This document shows, piece by piece, positions 11,082 to 23,005 of a DNA stretch of 64,000 nucleotides; position 1 is the stretch's first letter, and each line of letters begins with the position of its first letter. The translations under genes were made by a program, and so were the position numbers. The notes below the pieces were generated by a model that worked only from the letters and a program-made list of their open reading frames with translations, was not told the DNA's origin and did no database searches. Origin of the DNA: Diplonema japonicum (lineage: Eukaryota > Protista > Euglenozoa: Diplonemea); contig OZ025691.1 in assembly GCA_964019335.1 (NCBI GenBank), forward strand, positions 310,001-374,000. Reading direction: 5' to 3'.

Positions 11082-13263
11082 AACATCACAGCTGTGTCCG
11101 TTGTGCAACACGAAGAACAACTTCCCGCAGCAGTACAGCAGCATCAACGAGTCGAACCTCCCGACGGAGCTGCACAGGGAGGCCACCACTGTGGAGTACG
11201 TCCTCCACAACGTGAAGCCTTTGCCACCGCCGTTCTACCTGTTCCTCATTGACCTATGTGTGGGGTCTGCCAACCCCAAGGACATGGAGTTCCTCCGTGA
11301 GACACTTCTGAAGGCACTAAACTTCCTGCCGCCCGACGCTGTGGTGGGTGTTATGACATTCGGGACAGCTGTCAGCGTGCATGAACTGAAGCCTGCCTCG
11401 GACGACCTCCCTGGGAGGGTCTTCACGCTGAAGGGGTCGAAGGCTTACACCAGCCAGCAGATCGCGAAGTTCCTCCGCCTGAACGTGCCTGGCGTACTCA
11501 ACGAGAAGGAGATGCCCAAACACGCACCGGGGTCCGTCCCGAACACGTTCTTCGCCCGCTTGGGCGACGTTGAGATGTTCCTTACAGAGCTCTTCGAAGG
11601 TCTTGAACCAGACCCGTGGCCTGTTGAACCGCACTGCAGGCAGCGCAGGTGTGTTGGGTCCGCACTGAGCACAGCGGTGGGGCTGTGCGATGCTCTCTAC
11701 CCGGGAAGCGGTGGGAGGGTTATGATGTTCTTGTCTGGGCCGTGCACTGAAGGACCTGGTATGACACATGGTACATAGAACATCTTCGCAGGAATGACAG
11801 TGGACACAGACCTCGCCAACGTGATGAGGGGGCACAACGACATCAAAGGTGACACCCCGGAGGCAAAGAACTGGACAAAGGCACGTGCCTTCTACGACCA
11901 GCTTTCCACAAAACTCGTGAGGAACGGGCACTGCGTCGATGCCTTCCTGAACGCACTGGACCAGGTCGGCTTTGCAGAGATGAGATCGTGCGTCACTCTA
12001 ACTGGCGGGTCGTGCCTGCTGGTGGACAGCTACGACAACGAGAAGTTCGTCGATGCTTTTAAAAAGGTATGCCTCAGCATGCAGTGACCATCCTACACAC
12101 AGTTCTTCCGCCGTGCGGCTGACAATACCTTCCCTAGGGCGTACAATGCACGCATCCAGGTGCAGTGCTCACCGCAATGGAAAATAGCAGGCGCGACAGG
12201 ACCTGTGACGTCGGCGAAGAAGAAGAGCGCATCCGTCTCTCAAGACTCTGAGATGGGTGTGGGCGGGACATGTGAGTGGATCATGCCTTCTGTCGATGAC
12301 AAGACGCATCTTGCTTTTTACTTTGAGGTTGCAAACACGCAGAAGCCTGGCGGGTTCAGGTTCGTGCAGTTCAGCACAAGGTACCAGCACGAGTCAGGGA
12401 AGACAAGGCTGCGCATCACGACGCTGTGCCATAGGATCTCGACGCACACAAGGCCCGACGACTACATTTCGTCCTTCGACCAGGAGACAGCAGCCGTGCT
12501 GATGGCAAGGCTGTCGGCGTTCAAGGCGGAGGACGGGCATCTGTTCGATGTTCTGAGGTGGCTGGACGGGCACCTCATCAAATTGGTTTCGAAGTTTGCG
12601 AAGTACGAGAGGGACACCCCCGGGTCCCTGACACTAGCACCGCAGATGTCGCTGTTCCCGCAGTTCGTTTTCCATCTAAGGAGGTCGCAGTTTCTGCAGG
12701 TTTTCAACTGTTCACCTGATGAGACGTGCTTCTACCGTTTGTGGTTAGACAGGGAATCACCATCCAACGCACTTGTCATGATACAGCCAGCCCTGTACCT
12801 GTACGACAGCTCGGGAGGCCCCAAGCCGTGCCTGCTGGACTCCAGCAGCGTGATGCCGGATTGCATCCTTGTTCTCGACACGTATTTCGAGGTTGTTGTG
12901 CATTATGGGGAGGTGATCGTGTCGTGGAGGGATGCGGGGTACCAGGACCAGCCCAACTACGAGTACTTCAAAAAACTGCTGACGCAACCTAAGGAAGAGG
13001 CGTTGAAGATTGTTCAAGGGAGGTACCCTCAGCCTCGTTTCGTGGAGTGCGACCACCACGGGAGCCAGGCCAGGCTTTTGTACAATGTGATCAATCCTTC
13101 AAAGACGCATAACCAGGTGTGTTGGAAAAAGAAAAAAAAGAAAAAAATCCCGAAACTTCAGGAGGGGAACAACTACGGCGACGGTGGTGGTGAAATCGTG
13201 TACACCGATGACGCGTCTCTGCAGACCTTTTTGGACCATCTGAAGAAGCTCGCTGTACAATAG
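10766..13263 (+). CDS. SEC23: COPII coat subunit Sec23; exons 10766-10828, 10879-11028, 11092-11758, 11792-12066, 12103-13116, 13162-13263
   Basis: Zinc finger [23 protein letters not shown], plus [52 protein letters not shown] and [18 protein letters not shown]. Confidence 0.96.
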
Positions 13264-13918
13264 TGAGCAGAGGGAGGGGGGGAGAAAGTGTTTATAAGTG
13301 TTTTTTTTTTTTTTTTTTTTTTTAAAGAAAGCCCTCCTTTTTTTGAGTTTACGATCGCCATGAAGGGGGAAGAAAAGATTAATACAAAGGAGTGGAAATG
13401 GTTGCTTCTTCTTACTTTTTTTTTTTTTTTTTTTTTGTTAACACCGCACATTTATGAGAACAAAGAAAAATTAGTGCAAACGCTCATTTTTTTTTATCTT
13501 TTTGCGTGTTTTCTTTTTAAGAGAGATGATTCGTCTTCCCTGGCAAGGTTGGCACCTCCCCAACAAAGAGTTTTCAAAAGAAAAATGTTCTTTTTCCCCC
13601 TCGATATTCCGGAAAAATAGTTATGATTTTTTTTTGTTAACTTTTTTTTTTTTGCTGCCAAGCTTACCACCCTCCCACTTTTTTTTTTTTTGCTTTGGTG
13701 GTGAGTCGTTTCTCTCCCATCACAGCGAAATCTTTTTTTCTTTTTTCTTTTTTTTTTCCCCCTCACCTACACCTACGCTCTGTTTTTATTCCCCCTCCTT
13801 TTTTTTCCCCGACAAAAAAAAAAGAAAATCTTACAAAAAAAAAAAAAAAAAGGTTGATGAGTGGGAAGGAGTAAAAGCATCCTGTAAAATTATTGTGTGA
13901 AAGAAGAAAACAAAAAAA

Positions 13919-14173
13919 ATGTCTAGTGGGACCGATCACATTATATGCACAAACTGCAACATGAAGTGCGCTGACTACGCTCACGGAGCACACGGGCACG
14001 AAGTGCTGTGGTTTTTTTGCCCGACACCGATGTGCCAGAAGCGAACTTGGTGGAAGAGGATGATCCGTCGAGATCTGTGCAAAAACCCACGTTGCTGGTA
14101 CAAACAATATGAATCAATGCCGAGGTGGGGCGACAAGGCCCGTCAGGAGCGCAACCGGAAGGACGTTATGTAG
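13919..14173 (+). CDS. Small Cys-rich hypothetical protein (84 aa), possibly zinc-binding
   Basis: ATG after an A-run, coding-like composition between homopolymer spacers; CxxC, CxxxxC and CxxxxC motifs. Confidence 0.6.
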   Translation: MSSGTDHIICTNCNMKCADYAHGAHGHEVLWFFCPTPMCQKRTWWKRMIRRDLCKNPRCWYKQYESMPRWGDKARQERNRKDVM

Positions 14174-14194
14174 TATTGAGACCTCTATTATAGT

Positions 14195-14230
<36 letters not shown>

Positions 14231-14285
14231 TCTAACATATCAAAAAAAAAAAAAATCTACCTCAAGGGGGAGTGGGAGGGAGGGG

Positions 14286-17200
14286 ATGCCTCTGTCAGGC
14301 ACGGGCTCTGCATCACGTCTCCGCCTTGACTCAACTGAGCTGGACAGCAAATATGGCCCTGGAAGTGTGTCACGAAGGTCAACACGCATCACAGAGCACC
14401 TTGGGGACAGTTGGCTAGGCGAGAAAGAACGTGAAAGGGAGCGGGAACGGGACAGGCTGGACCTCCACATTCTCTCCCGTTCCGTTTCAGACCGCGACCA
14501 AGCCCTGGACAAGCTTGCCCATGAAAAAATGCGCCGTCTCGAAGAGGACTATCTCCGAAGAATTCAAGACCTTCAAGGCGAAAATACAAAACTGCAGCAC
14601 AAGTGTGAAGATCTCGCAGACAGGGCGGACGAGGCCTTCGCGCTCGCCAAAACCGCAGAACAAGAAGCGTTGCGAAGGCACCAAAAAGAAGAGTCCCTCC
14701 ACCAAGAGGTGTCTCAAATCAGGAAGATGACCGAAGTCGAAGTGAAGCGCACACACGATCAACTTCAGCAAATGGAGGAAAAGCTGTATAAAGAGGTCGA
14801 AAAGTCAAACAAATTAGAAGACAAGCTGATAGAGAACTCCAGAGAGTACGAGTCGCGTGCCGAGAGTGAGTTCGTGAAGCACGGCCAGTCCGACCAGATG
14901 CGCAGGGCCAGCGAGGCGGAGCTGTCGATTCTTCACAACGAAGTCGACAAGCTTCGTGATGAACGCGCGAACAACGAAACCGAAAGACGGCAGCTGCGCA
15001 GGAATGTGGAAGACCTCCGCGAGCAGCTCTCCCTGCTGCACACCGAGAAGGCCACGGAGCGTCTGGCTACTGAGAGGACCGTCGAGGACCTACAGAAGCA
15101 AGTGACCCACCTCACAAAGGACAAGTCCACCCTGCAGAAAAAAATAAAAGACTACAAAAAGAAGTCCGGGGTGTTCGACGCCGCTATCGAGTCGGACCTC
15201 CGCCGCGTCCAGCGTCAAGCGGACGAAGCCCTCATGAACGAGCGCCGCATCGCACAAGCAGACCTTGAAGCGGAACGGGCAAAGCACTGCGCTGAGGTTT
15301 CAAGCCTGCAGAGACAGCTGCAGATTCTAGAGGAACGGGGCAGGCGCGAGGCGCAAACACCGCCCGCAGATAAGGCAAAGTACGACAAGGACATCGAACG
15401 CCTCGAGAGGGAGCTGCAGGACTTTTATGCCAACAAGGACACGGCCGTGAAGAAGATGACTGAGCGTCTCGAAGAGGAAAGGCTGCTGCTGGAAAAGCAG
15501 CAGACAAGAGCCACGAAGCTTCAGCAGGACCTGGACGAGGAGCGCCTTCAAGCGGAGAAGCAAAGGTCACGAGTCTCGAAGCTGAGCATGGAGCTTGAGG
15601 AGGCGAAGTACCAACAAGAGAGGGACAGGGAGCGGGCAGCAAGACAACTGGGCGAGGAGAAGGAGCATACAGCACGGGTTGACGCGAGGTGCAGCAAGAT
15701 CGAAAAACTGCTTGAAGATGAACAGCTAGTCGTTGAGATGCAGAAGTCCAAGTTGTTGAAGCAGGACAAGCACCTTCAGGAATGTGAGCACGAGCTGTCA
15801 TTGCTGAGAACGGAGAGCCAGAAGGGCGACTTTGCGAAGATGGTTGGAACAGAAAAAGATGAAGAGATCATGCGTTTGAGACACCAGCTACAGGAAGCCA
15901 AGAACCAAGTGCACGAAGAACGAGACGACAAGTTGCGACGCTTGAGAAATGAGACGGAAGAGCATCGTGCCGAGGCCAACAGGAAAGTGTTGCAGTGCAG
16001 AGAAAAAGACGAGGAGATCATCCACTTGAGGCACCAACTACAAGAGTTGAAGGCACATATTTCGGAAGAAACAGATGACAAGGTAAGGCGCCTGAGACAT
16101 GAAAAAGAAGAGGAGGTCGCGCTACTGAAGCAGCAGCTGAAAGATGCTCAGTTCGAGGACAGAGATGGTCAGCTAAAGCGTTTCCGAGAGGAGGCGGAGC
16201 AGTGCCGTTTGGACGCGAACAGGAAAGCTATGTTATACAGAGAGAGGGGTGATGAGATCACACACTTGAAGCAAATACTTGAAGATCGTTCGATTGCTGT
16301 CAGGGCGTCCGAAGAATCACAACACGCATTGGAGATGAGGATCAGGGCCAGACTAGAAGGCGAGCGGCAGGAAATGAAGAAGAGCAGTGAGGATACCGAA
16401 AAGCTGGCAAAGGACCTTCGGGAAGCGGAGAAGGCCTTGCGTGACACAGAAAGCGTGCTGGATGACGAGAGGCGGAGAGGAGTGAGCATGGTTCAAGAGG
16501 CTGAAGTACTGAAACGCGACAACGACGGCCTGCGGAGGGAGCTACACGACAGGATGGCTGCGCACCAACAAGAGATGGAGAACCTTAGTCAGAAACTGTC
16601 TATTGCTAACGAGGAAGCCTCGCGTGGCAACCACTTGGAGAGAGAGCTGCAGCGAGAGCGTGCTGAGAAGGACGACAAACTGCGGGGCATGCTCAACGAA
16701 AAGGACGACGAGAGGCGCAGGCTGCGCAACGAAGCAGACGAGGAAATCTACTCTCTGAAGAGGACCTTCGAGGGCGAAAGGTCATCTCTGAAGGCGACAT
16801 TAGAAGACACAGAGAGACAGCTGGCACGTCTGCGCGTGGAGAAGGAAGTGAAGGACAGCGAGTTCGAAGCTCTGCATCTTAAGCACAGTAAACTGCAAGG
16901 CAAGATCGAGAGATCTGAAGAGGATGCAAAGACTGCCCGTGAGGAACAGCAGCGAGTAGTCTCCGAAAGCCAAGAACAGGTAACACGCATGAAGAGCGAG
17001 ATCGACGAGCTGCAAAAACGGATGGAAAAATACACAGGCAACACGGAAGACAGCGAGAAGAAGATAGCCGAGTTGCGAGCACAGAACGCGGACCTGACCA
17101 CAGAAGCGGAAGACCTGAGGAGGGGGGTGTCGAAGGCACAACATTCTGTCATAGAAGCCGAGAACTGGAAAGCTGAAGTAGAGCGACTTCACAAAAGATT

Positions 17201-18047
17201 ACAAGGCCTGCCCCTGTCCCCGGAGGAATGGTCAGGGGAGAGGGCTGCTCTGCACAGGCGGTTCAGGGAGTTACAGAAATACCACGACGACGAGTTAAAG
17301 CGGAGCGATGCTATCCACGCAAGACAGTGCAACGACCTAGTTCAAAATCTAGAAGCATGCAGAAAACAAAGGGATACACAAGTGGAAGAGCTATCGATAC
17401 TGCAAAACAGATGTGGAATGGAAGCAGAGAGAGGCAGAGCGGAAGGCATGAACGAGGCACAGAGATGGCAGTCGACCGCAACGCAAGCCATGGACGAGGC
17501 GGCTAGGTTGAAAGAGATGCTTGATAAGAAGACGTTGGAGCACAGAGAGTTCAGAGAAGACGCCGAGAGGGCATACCGATGTGAAGCGCAGAAAGATGAG
17601 GAGATGGTGAAAGGCTTCGAAGACCTGCGAAGGGCCCGTTCCGAAGCAGTGAGGAAAGAAGAAGCGTACAGAGAGCAGCTGAAGCAGGCAACAATAGACT
17701 TCAGGGGGTTGGAGGAACACGTTGAACAGGTTGAAGACGAACATAAGAGGGTTTGCGGGTTTTACAACGACTCCCAAAAGGGCTACCAAGCTGTTATGAC
17801 TGACCTGCAGAACCAGATTCTGGACCTGCAGTCAAACCTCACGAGAAGGCGTACAGGGGACACATCTGCCTTCAACCCCATCATCCACGAGCTAGGTACT
17901 ATTCAGCAAAAGATCTCGCAATACATGCGTCCTCGCAGCCGGCCCTATGTACCCCCTCCCACTAAGCAGCCCATCCGTCCTGGCACGTCGCCGCGCCGCC
18001 CGCGATCGCCAAGGTCTTCCCCCCTCCACCTTCCTCGGGATTATTGA
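14286..18047 (+). CDS. Long coiled-coil protein (1253 aa)
   Basis: E/K/R/Q-rich heptads with an internal repeat (EKDEEI..LRHQLQE.K..EE.DDK.RRLR.E) and a Pro-rich tail. Confidence 0.9.
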   Translation: MPLSGTGSASRLRLDSTELDSKYGPGSVSRRSTRITEHLGDSWLGEKERERERERDRLDLHILSRSVSDRDQALDKLAHEKMRRLEEDYLRRIQDLQGENTKLQHKCEDLADRADEAFALAKTAEQEALRRHQKEESLHQEVSQIRKMTEVEVKRTHDQLQQMEEKLYKEVEKSNKLEDKLIENSREYESRAESEFVKHGQSDQMRRASEAELSILHNEVDKLRDERANNETERRQLRRNVEDLREQLSLLHTEKATERLATERTVEDLQKQVTHLTKDKSTLQKKIKDYKKKSGVFDAAIESDLRRVQRQADEALMNERRIAQADLEAERAKHCAEVSSLQRQLQILEERGRREAQTPPADKAKYDKDIERLERELQDFYANKDTAVKKMTERLEEERLLLEKQQTRATKLQQDLDEERLQAEKQRSRVSKLSMELEEAKYQQERDRERAARQLGEEKEHTARVDARCSKIEKLLEDEQLVVEMQKSKLLKQDKHLQECEHELSLLRTESQKGDFAKMVGTEKDEEIMRLRHQLQEAKNQVHEERDDKLRRLRNETEEHRAEANRKVLQCREKDEEIIHLRHQLQELKAHISEETDDKVRRLRHEKEEEVALLKQQLKDAQFEDRDGQLKRFREEAEQCRLDANRKAMLYRERGDEITHLKQILEDRSIAVRASEESQHALEMRIRARLEGERQEMKKSSEDTEKLAKDLREAEKALRDTESVLDDERRRGVSMVQEAEVLKRDNDGLRRELHDRMAAHQQEMENLSQKLSIANEEASRGNHLERELQRERAEKDDKLRGMLNEKDDERRRLRNEADEEIYSLKRTFEGERSSLKATLEDTERQLARLRVEKEVKDSEFEALHLKHSKLQGKIERSEEDAKTAREEQQRVVSESQEQVTRMKSEIDELQKRMEKYTGNTEDSEKKIAELRAQNADLTTEAEDLRRGVSKAQHSVIEAENWKAEVERLHKRLQGLPLSPEEWSGERAALHRRFRELQKYHDDELKRSDAIHARQCNDLVQNLEACRKQRDTQVEELSILQNRCGMEAERGRAEGMNEAQRWQSTATQAMDEAARLKEMLDKKTLEHREFREDAERAYRCEAQKDEEMVKGFEDLRRARSEAVRKEEAYREQLKQATIDFRGLEEHVEQVEDEHKRVCGFYNDSQKGYQAVMTDLQNQILDLQSNLTRRRTGDTSAFNPIIHELGTIQQKISQYMRPRSRPYVPPPTKQPIRPGTSPRRPRSPRSSPLHLPRDY

Positions 18048-18389
18048 ATAACGCCCCCCCCACCCCCCCTCCTCCCTTTTTTCCAAATTATATTGTACTG
18101 CATTACCGTTTATTGTTAAAAAAAAAGAAGTTTTTTCTTGTTGTCACATACCTTGCCCCCCTTTTGTTTTTTTCTCTTTTGTTTAGATCCTTTTTTTGTT
18201 TCCTTGTCTTTTTCTTGTATAAGATTTGTTCCCCCTTTTGTATCCTGTCATTCACACTCGGGTCCCCCCCCCCCCCCCCCCTCCCTCGCCTTTTATTTAT
18301 TTCTCTGAGAATTCTTATTTTTTGTTGTTCCACCCCCCCCCCAAAAAAAGAACAAAACAGGGAGACGGGGAAGTACAAAAAAAGAAGAA

Positions 18390-21300
18390 ATGTCAAGGAC
18401 CTCAAAAGACTTTGACCTGGACAGTGAAAACAACACACGCAAAGAAGAGGCGGATGGAATAGTATCGATCAAAGCGACGTCGGTATGCATGGCGGTGCTG
18501 TGCTTTGGGTTGGTGTGCTCACTGTCGTACTCACTGACAATCATGGCAGGGGAGAAGGCAATAAGAGACACAGAGCACGTGAATGAGGAAGGCGGGCAAG
18601 CCGTTCTGAAAGTAGTGAGGGATGCGATGAAACTACGTATCGATGAGTTCCTCCTCAGCACCGCAAGAGGTGTAAGAGACATCGCAGTGCAACGACTGAG
18701 CATGGTGACAACCGAGGTCGACACACTCTCAAGCCTCATCACAGCCGCACAAAGCAATGCAACCACTTGGGACTTCATCAACGGACTCGGCCCCAAACTG
18801 TACAGCGGTCAAAGCGCCTTCGAAGAACACGGTGTGATAGCAATTGGTGTCCTCACCGTGGACAGCACACTCAAAATCATTACGAATTCTTTCGCTGGAA
18901 AGTTACTTATCACCAATTACACTGCTCCCGGCGAAGACCCTGGGATAGCGATAGGGCTTTCCTCCGACGATGGGATGAACTATATCAACGGGAGCACGCT
19001 GGAGTTTCGGACGTTTCCCAGGTTCGTTGGGGGCAACCTTCCACTCTTCAAGTACGGCATCGATTCTGTGAATGTCGGTCAAATGGGATGGGCGGGCCTC
19101 CAGAGTGTTATAAACTACTTCAGCATTACACTTGTTGCGAACGTAGGAACGATTGCAGACGGCACGCGTTGCTACATTGGAGTGGCGATGGATGTGGAGC
19201 GTTTGCAAGACATCCTTCTTGACGCCATCAACTCCATTGAAGAGTCTGCCCGTGCCCGCGCCTTCATCCTCACCCCGGAGGGTAAGATGGTGGCCACCTC
19301 GCACGGCGAACCTTACGAAACCATCGGGAACTCCCTCTTCGGGGGCAACACTCTTATCGCCTCGAACATCGCCGACTCCTCCGACGAGATCATTAGAACC
19401 ATAGGGGAGGCTGCTAAGAACAACTGGGAACGCTTTGTAAACGCCAGCAGCGAGGTTCCCGTCAATGGGTCCACCATGTACGTCAGGACACAACGGGTAC
19501 GGCATAAGAACCCGGAAACCGAAATGTACACAAACCTGAACTGGTGGGTGGTGATCGCAGTGGATGATGCTTACATATCTGAGAAGGTGCAATTCCTGCA
19601 AACCGACTTGCAACACGGCCAGGCAACCTCGAGGGACGATGTCTGGGAGGAGCTCGACAACTGGAAGATCATCGTCCTTTCGGTAGGACCGTTCATAGGG
19701 CTTCTGTTTGTGGTTATCATCTTCGTGCTGATCTCTTTGGTGTTCGCGCCGTTCGAGCAGCTGCAGGAGGACATGAACAAACTGGGGAAGATGCAGTTCG
19801 ACGACGTGCAGGAGCAGCGCGACTACTCGCTGGTGGTGGAGATGGGGGACATGCAGCACAGCTTCCAGCTGATGATGCGGCGATTGCGAGAGTACAAGTC
19901 ATTTGTACCATCCTCACTGCTGGTGGGGTCGGAGTTAGTTGGTGGTGCTGCAGCAGAGCCGCCGACAGGACCGAATGTCTCATACGTGTTCACAGACATC
20001 CAAGGGTCCACGGCTCTGTGGGAAATGTGCGCTGAGTCCATGAACGAAGCGATGGACACCCACAACAGGGTCATCCGTGCGGCCCTAAACACGCACGAAG
20101 GCTACGAGGTCAAGACCATCGGCGACGCCTTCATGGTGACCTTCGCTGAGGCCCTCAACGCCTGCCAGTTCTGCCTCGACGTGCAGACAAACCTCATGAA
20201 GCAGAAATGGCCGAAACCGCTTCACCTCGACTCCATGAAGGACAACGCTGGCAACGTCATATGGAAAGGCCTCCGGGTCCGTGTTGGTGCACACATCGGC
20301 GAGTCATGGACAGAGGTCAGCCCCCTCACAGGCAGGATCGACTACAAAGGGCCCGCTGTTGCTATTGCTGCCAAAGCAGAGCCTCTTGCGAAGGGTGGCA
20401 CCCTGTGCTGTACGACTGCTTTCATGGAGGCCATCAGCGCGGACCTTGGAAAACTGGGCGACCCTGCTATTGCGGATCATGGCACGCATAAGCTGAAGAG
20501 CATCGAGACTTCTGTGGATATGGTGTTGCTGTCACCGAAGGCGTTGAAGGCCAGGCTGTTCGAGGATGCACGAAGCCAGCAAACGGCGGTGGAAATGCAA
20601 GCAATACACAACGCAGAGACAGGGACGACTACAACAAGTGCGTCGGAAGGGAGGGACGGGAAGAAGAAGACAGCGATGGGACTGACAAGCGCAGTGAACA
20701 CACAGACCGCCTCGGTGGCGGTGGTGCGCCCGGAGGAAGTGTTCATGAAAGGTGCGATGCACAGCGCCTTCTCGAAGTACAACATTATCATCAAAACTGT
20801 TGCGGAGATCGCACAGCAGACGGACGGCGTCATCGTAAGCTTCGTGGGAAGCGAGATCGCAGTAGCGTGGAACACAACACGCGCAGTGAAGATCCACACC
20901 TTGGCCGCAGTTAGGTTCGCGTCGTACCTCACAAAACGAAAGCTCCGCGTCACAACAGGCGCAGCCACAGGCGAGGTGACCTACGGCAATATAGGTACGA
21001 GCACATCTAGGTACCCCATTATCTATGGTGCAGCATGCTTGATCTCAAGCAGCCTCTCTGGGTTTTCCATGGAAGCAGGCATCAAAACCATCATTGCCGA
21101 CTGTACCAACGAGGGGAAGCTGGCTCGGAATCAAACCCTTGCGCCCTTCCTGAGGCCCGTCGACAAGTGGTTGTTTCAGGATAAGAAGATAGAAGTGTAC
21201 GAGCTCTGCACATCCTTGGTGCTGTCGGCTATTGAGGGCGATTGGAGGGAGGTGTCGATGGCAGAATCCGTCATTGCGCCTGTTGAGGAGTACGGTTCAG

Positions 21301-21530
21301 CCTTCAGGCTGGCCACCGATGTTGGTGACTTCAGTAGCTTAAAGGCACTGGTTGAAAATTACGCTGGTGACAAGACCCTTCCTGCACTGGTGAAGGCCGT
21401 GCAAAACCGTACCTGGCGCCCTTCATACCGGTTGGTTAACTTCAACACAACTGTAGCCCGTGAGCCTGCTGCTGTTGTAGACCGTTTATTTGGTCATTTG
21501 CCCGACGTGCCACAGACCGAAGAAACTTGA
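18390..21530 (+). CDS. Receptor-type class III adenylate/guanylate cyclase: TM, Cache-like sensor, TM, HAMP-like linker, cyclase domain and a second degenerate cyclase-like domain
   Basis: VFTDIQGSTALWE, GYEVKTIGDAFMV and GLRVRVGAHIG. Two TM helices flank an extracellular region containing AFILTPEGKMVATS and NWWVVIAV. Confidence 0.9.
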   Translation: MSRTSKDFDLDSENNTRKEEADGIVSIKATSVCMAVLCFGLVCSLSYSLTIMAGEKAIRDTEHVNEEGGQAVLKVVRDAMKLRIDEFLLSTARGVRDIAVQRLSMVTTEVDTLSSLITAAQSNATTWDFINGLGPKLYSGQSAFEEHGVIAIGVLTVDSTLKIITNSFAGKLLITNYTAPGEDPGIAIGLSSDDGMNYINGSTLEFRTFPRFVGGNLPLFKYGIDSVNVGQMGWAGLQSVINYFSITLVANVGTIADGTRCYIGVAMDVERLQDILLDAINSIEESARARAFILTPEGKMVATSHGEPYETIGNSLFGGNTLIASNIADSSDEIIRTIGEAAKNNWERFVNASSEVPVNGSTMYVRTQRVRHKNPETEMYTNLNWWVVIAVDDAYISEKVQFLQTDLQHGQATSRDDVWEELDNWKIIVLSVGPFIGLLFVVIIFVLISLVFAPFEQLQEDMNKLGKMQFDDVQEQRDYSLVVEMGDMQHSFQLMMRRLREYKSFVPSSLLVGSELVGGAAAEPPTGPNVSYVFTDIQGSTALWEMCAESMNEAMDTHNRVIRAALNTHEGYEVKTIGDAFMVTFAEALNACQFCLDVQTNLMKQKWPKPLHLDSMKDNAGNVIWKGLRVRVGAHIGESWTEVSPLTGRIDYKGPAVAIAAKAEPLAKGGTLCCTTAFMEAISADLGKLGDPAIADHGTHKLKSIETSVDMVLLSPKALKARLFEDARSQQTAVEMQAIHNAETGTTTTSASEGRDGKKKTAMGLTSAVNTQTASVAVVRPEEVFMKGAMHSAFSKYNIIIKTVAEIAQQTDGVIVSFVGSEIAVAWNTTRAVKIHTLAAVRFASYLTKRKLRVTTGAATGEVTYGNIGTSTSRYPIIYGAACLISSSLSGFSMEAGIKTIIADCTNEGKLARNQTLAPFLRPVDKWLFQDKKIEVYELCTSLVLSAIEGDWREVSMAESVIAPVEEYGSAFRLATDVGDFSSLKALVENYAGDKTLPALVKAVQNRTWRPSYRLVNFNTTVAREPAAVVDRLFGHLPDVPQTEET

Positions 21531-22133
21531 TCTCGCGTGATATGGAAAGGAAAGAAAAGAAAAGAGGGGGGTGGGGGAAGAGGGGAAAAAAAAAAAAAAG
21601 AAAAAAGAAAAAGCAGGAATACGATTCCCGTTATCTTTATCAACTTCTTTACCTACTCCCCCCCTTCCCCTGTTGGTGTGGTTAGCTGGGTTTTATGCAG
21701 GTTTTAAATCAGCTACTGCGCATGGGCATCAACGGGGTGGGTTTTCTTTTTATTTTTTAAAGAAGACGTATATCTGAACGATCTAGTTATGAAAGTAAAA
21801 CTATTTTACTTTTCATTTTTACCCTCTCTCTCTCTCTCTCTCCCCCCCCACATTCAGATCCAGTAATGGAAGGCCCTAGATTTTCTCTTCGGGAGTAAAC
21901 TGTTTCTCACGTTACGCTTTTGATCTTTCAAGCGAGCTTTTAAATAAAAAGAGAAGGGGGGGAAAGAAGAACAAAAACGAAGGGGAAGAAAAGGCAACCC
22001 CGAGCTCCCCCTTTTTAAATGTCTCTTTTTTTTTTTTCTCTCAAAGAAATTGCCCTTTCGAATGGGAGACGTGTAAAAAAAAAAAAGGAAGAAAAAAGAC
22101 TAATATGCAAAATCAAGGAAACATGCAACCGGT

Positions 22134-22193
<60 letters not shown>

Positions 22194-22944
22194 GCAAACT
22201 GCACGGGCTCAGAATCCTGGTTACCAGGGGCGCCATGGCTGGGTTGAGGTGCACACGCAGAAGAAGCTACAGCTAGGCCGAGGCGCGCCGTAATCAAGTG
22301 GACGATGCTTGAGCAGGTGCAGGGTGCTGCAGGCACCCTTAAATAGTCTCTCTTTTTTTTTTTTTTATTTTTTTTTCTTCCAACAACGCAAAATCAAGTC
22401 ACAAGCGAAATGTAAGCCTACCGCACCTCTTTCACCTCCTTTTTTTTTTTATCTCTTATGTTTCACGTACTTTCTTTTTTTTTTTTTTTTTTTTTTTTTT
22501 TCTCCACCAGGTGAAAAATGCCCCCTTCTCGGGGTAGGGGCACTATGGGCGTAGCGTTGGCTATGGCAGTAGTCTCTTCAAGGAAGCGGTAACGATCTGA
22601 CTTCCCCCCCCCCTTTTTTTTCCCCCATACATTTGTTGCTGGTCTTCGTAAAAGCAGCCCCTTTACATTGTAATATCTTTTTGGTTAAAATGCCTGAATT
22701 CTTTTGTTATTTGTCACATATCACAGAGCTGGGGGGGGTGGGGTAGTCTAGCCTGTGAAGACTGTGTTCAGGCTGTGCATCGGTAAGGCTTTTGTCGTGG
22801 AGTGATTTCAGATATTTACAAACAGCCGAAGGATGACTTTTTTTTTTTTGTTTTTATATACCGCTCCGCGTTTTTCTTTTCTTTCGCCGCCGAGGGTGAA
22901 GTCATTACTTGTTGGCAGTTAATTAGCTATTATATTATTATTAC

Positions 22945-23005
<61 letters not shown>

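Noticed and set aside
11759-12102. In-frame stops within SEC23 suggesting readthrough or an alternative genetic code
   Set aside because: Both stops lie in 33- and 36-nt GT-AG introns; the standard code fits all genes.
14240-21000. Numerous minus-strand ORFs overlapping long + genes
   Set aside because: Antisense shadows of GC-rich coding sequence with no recognisable motifs.
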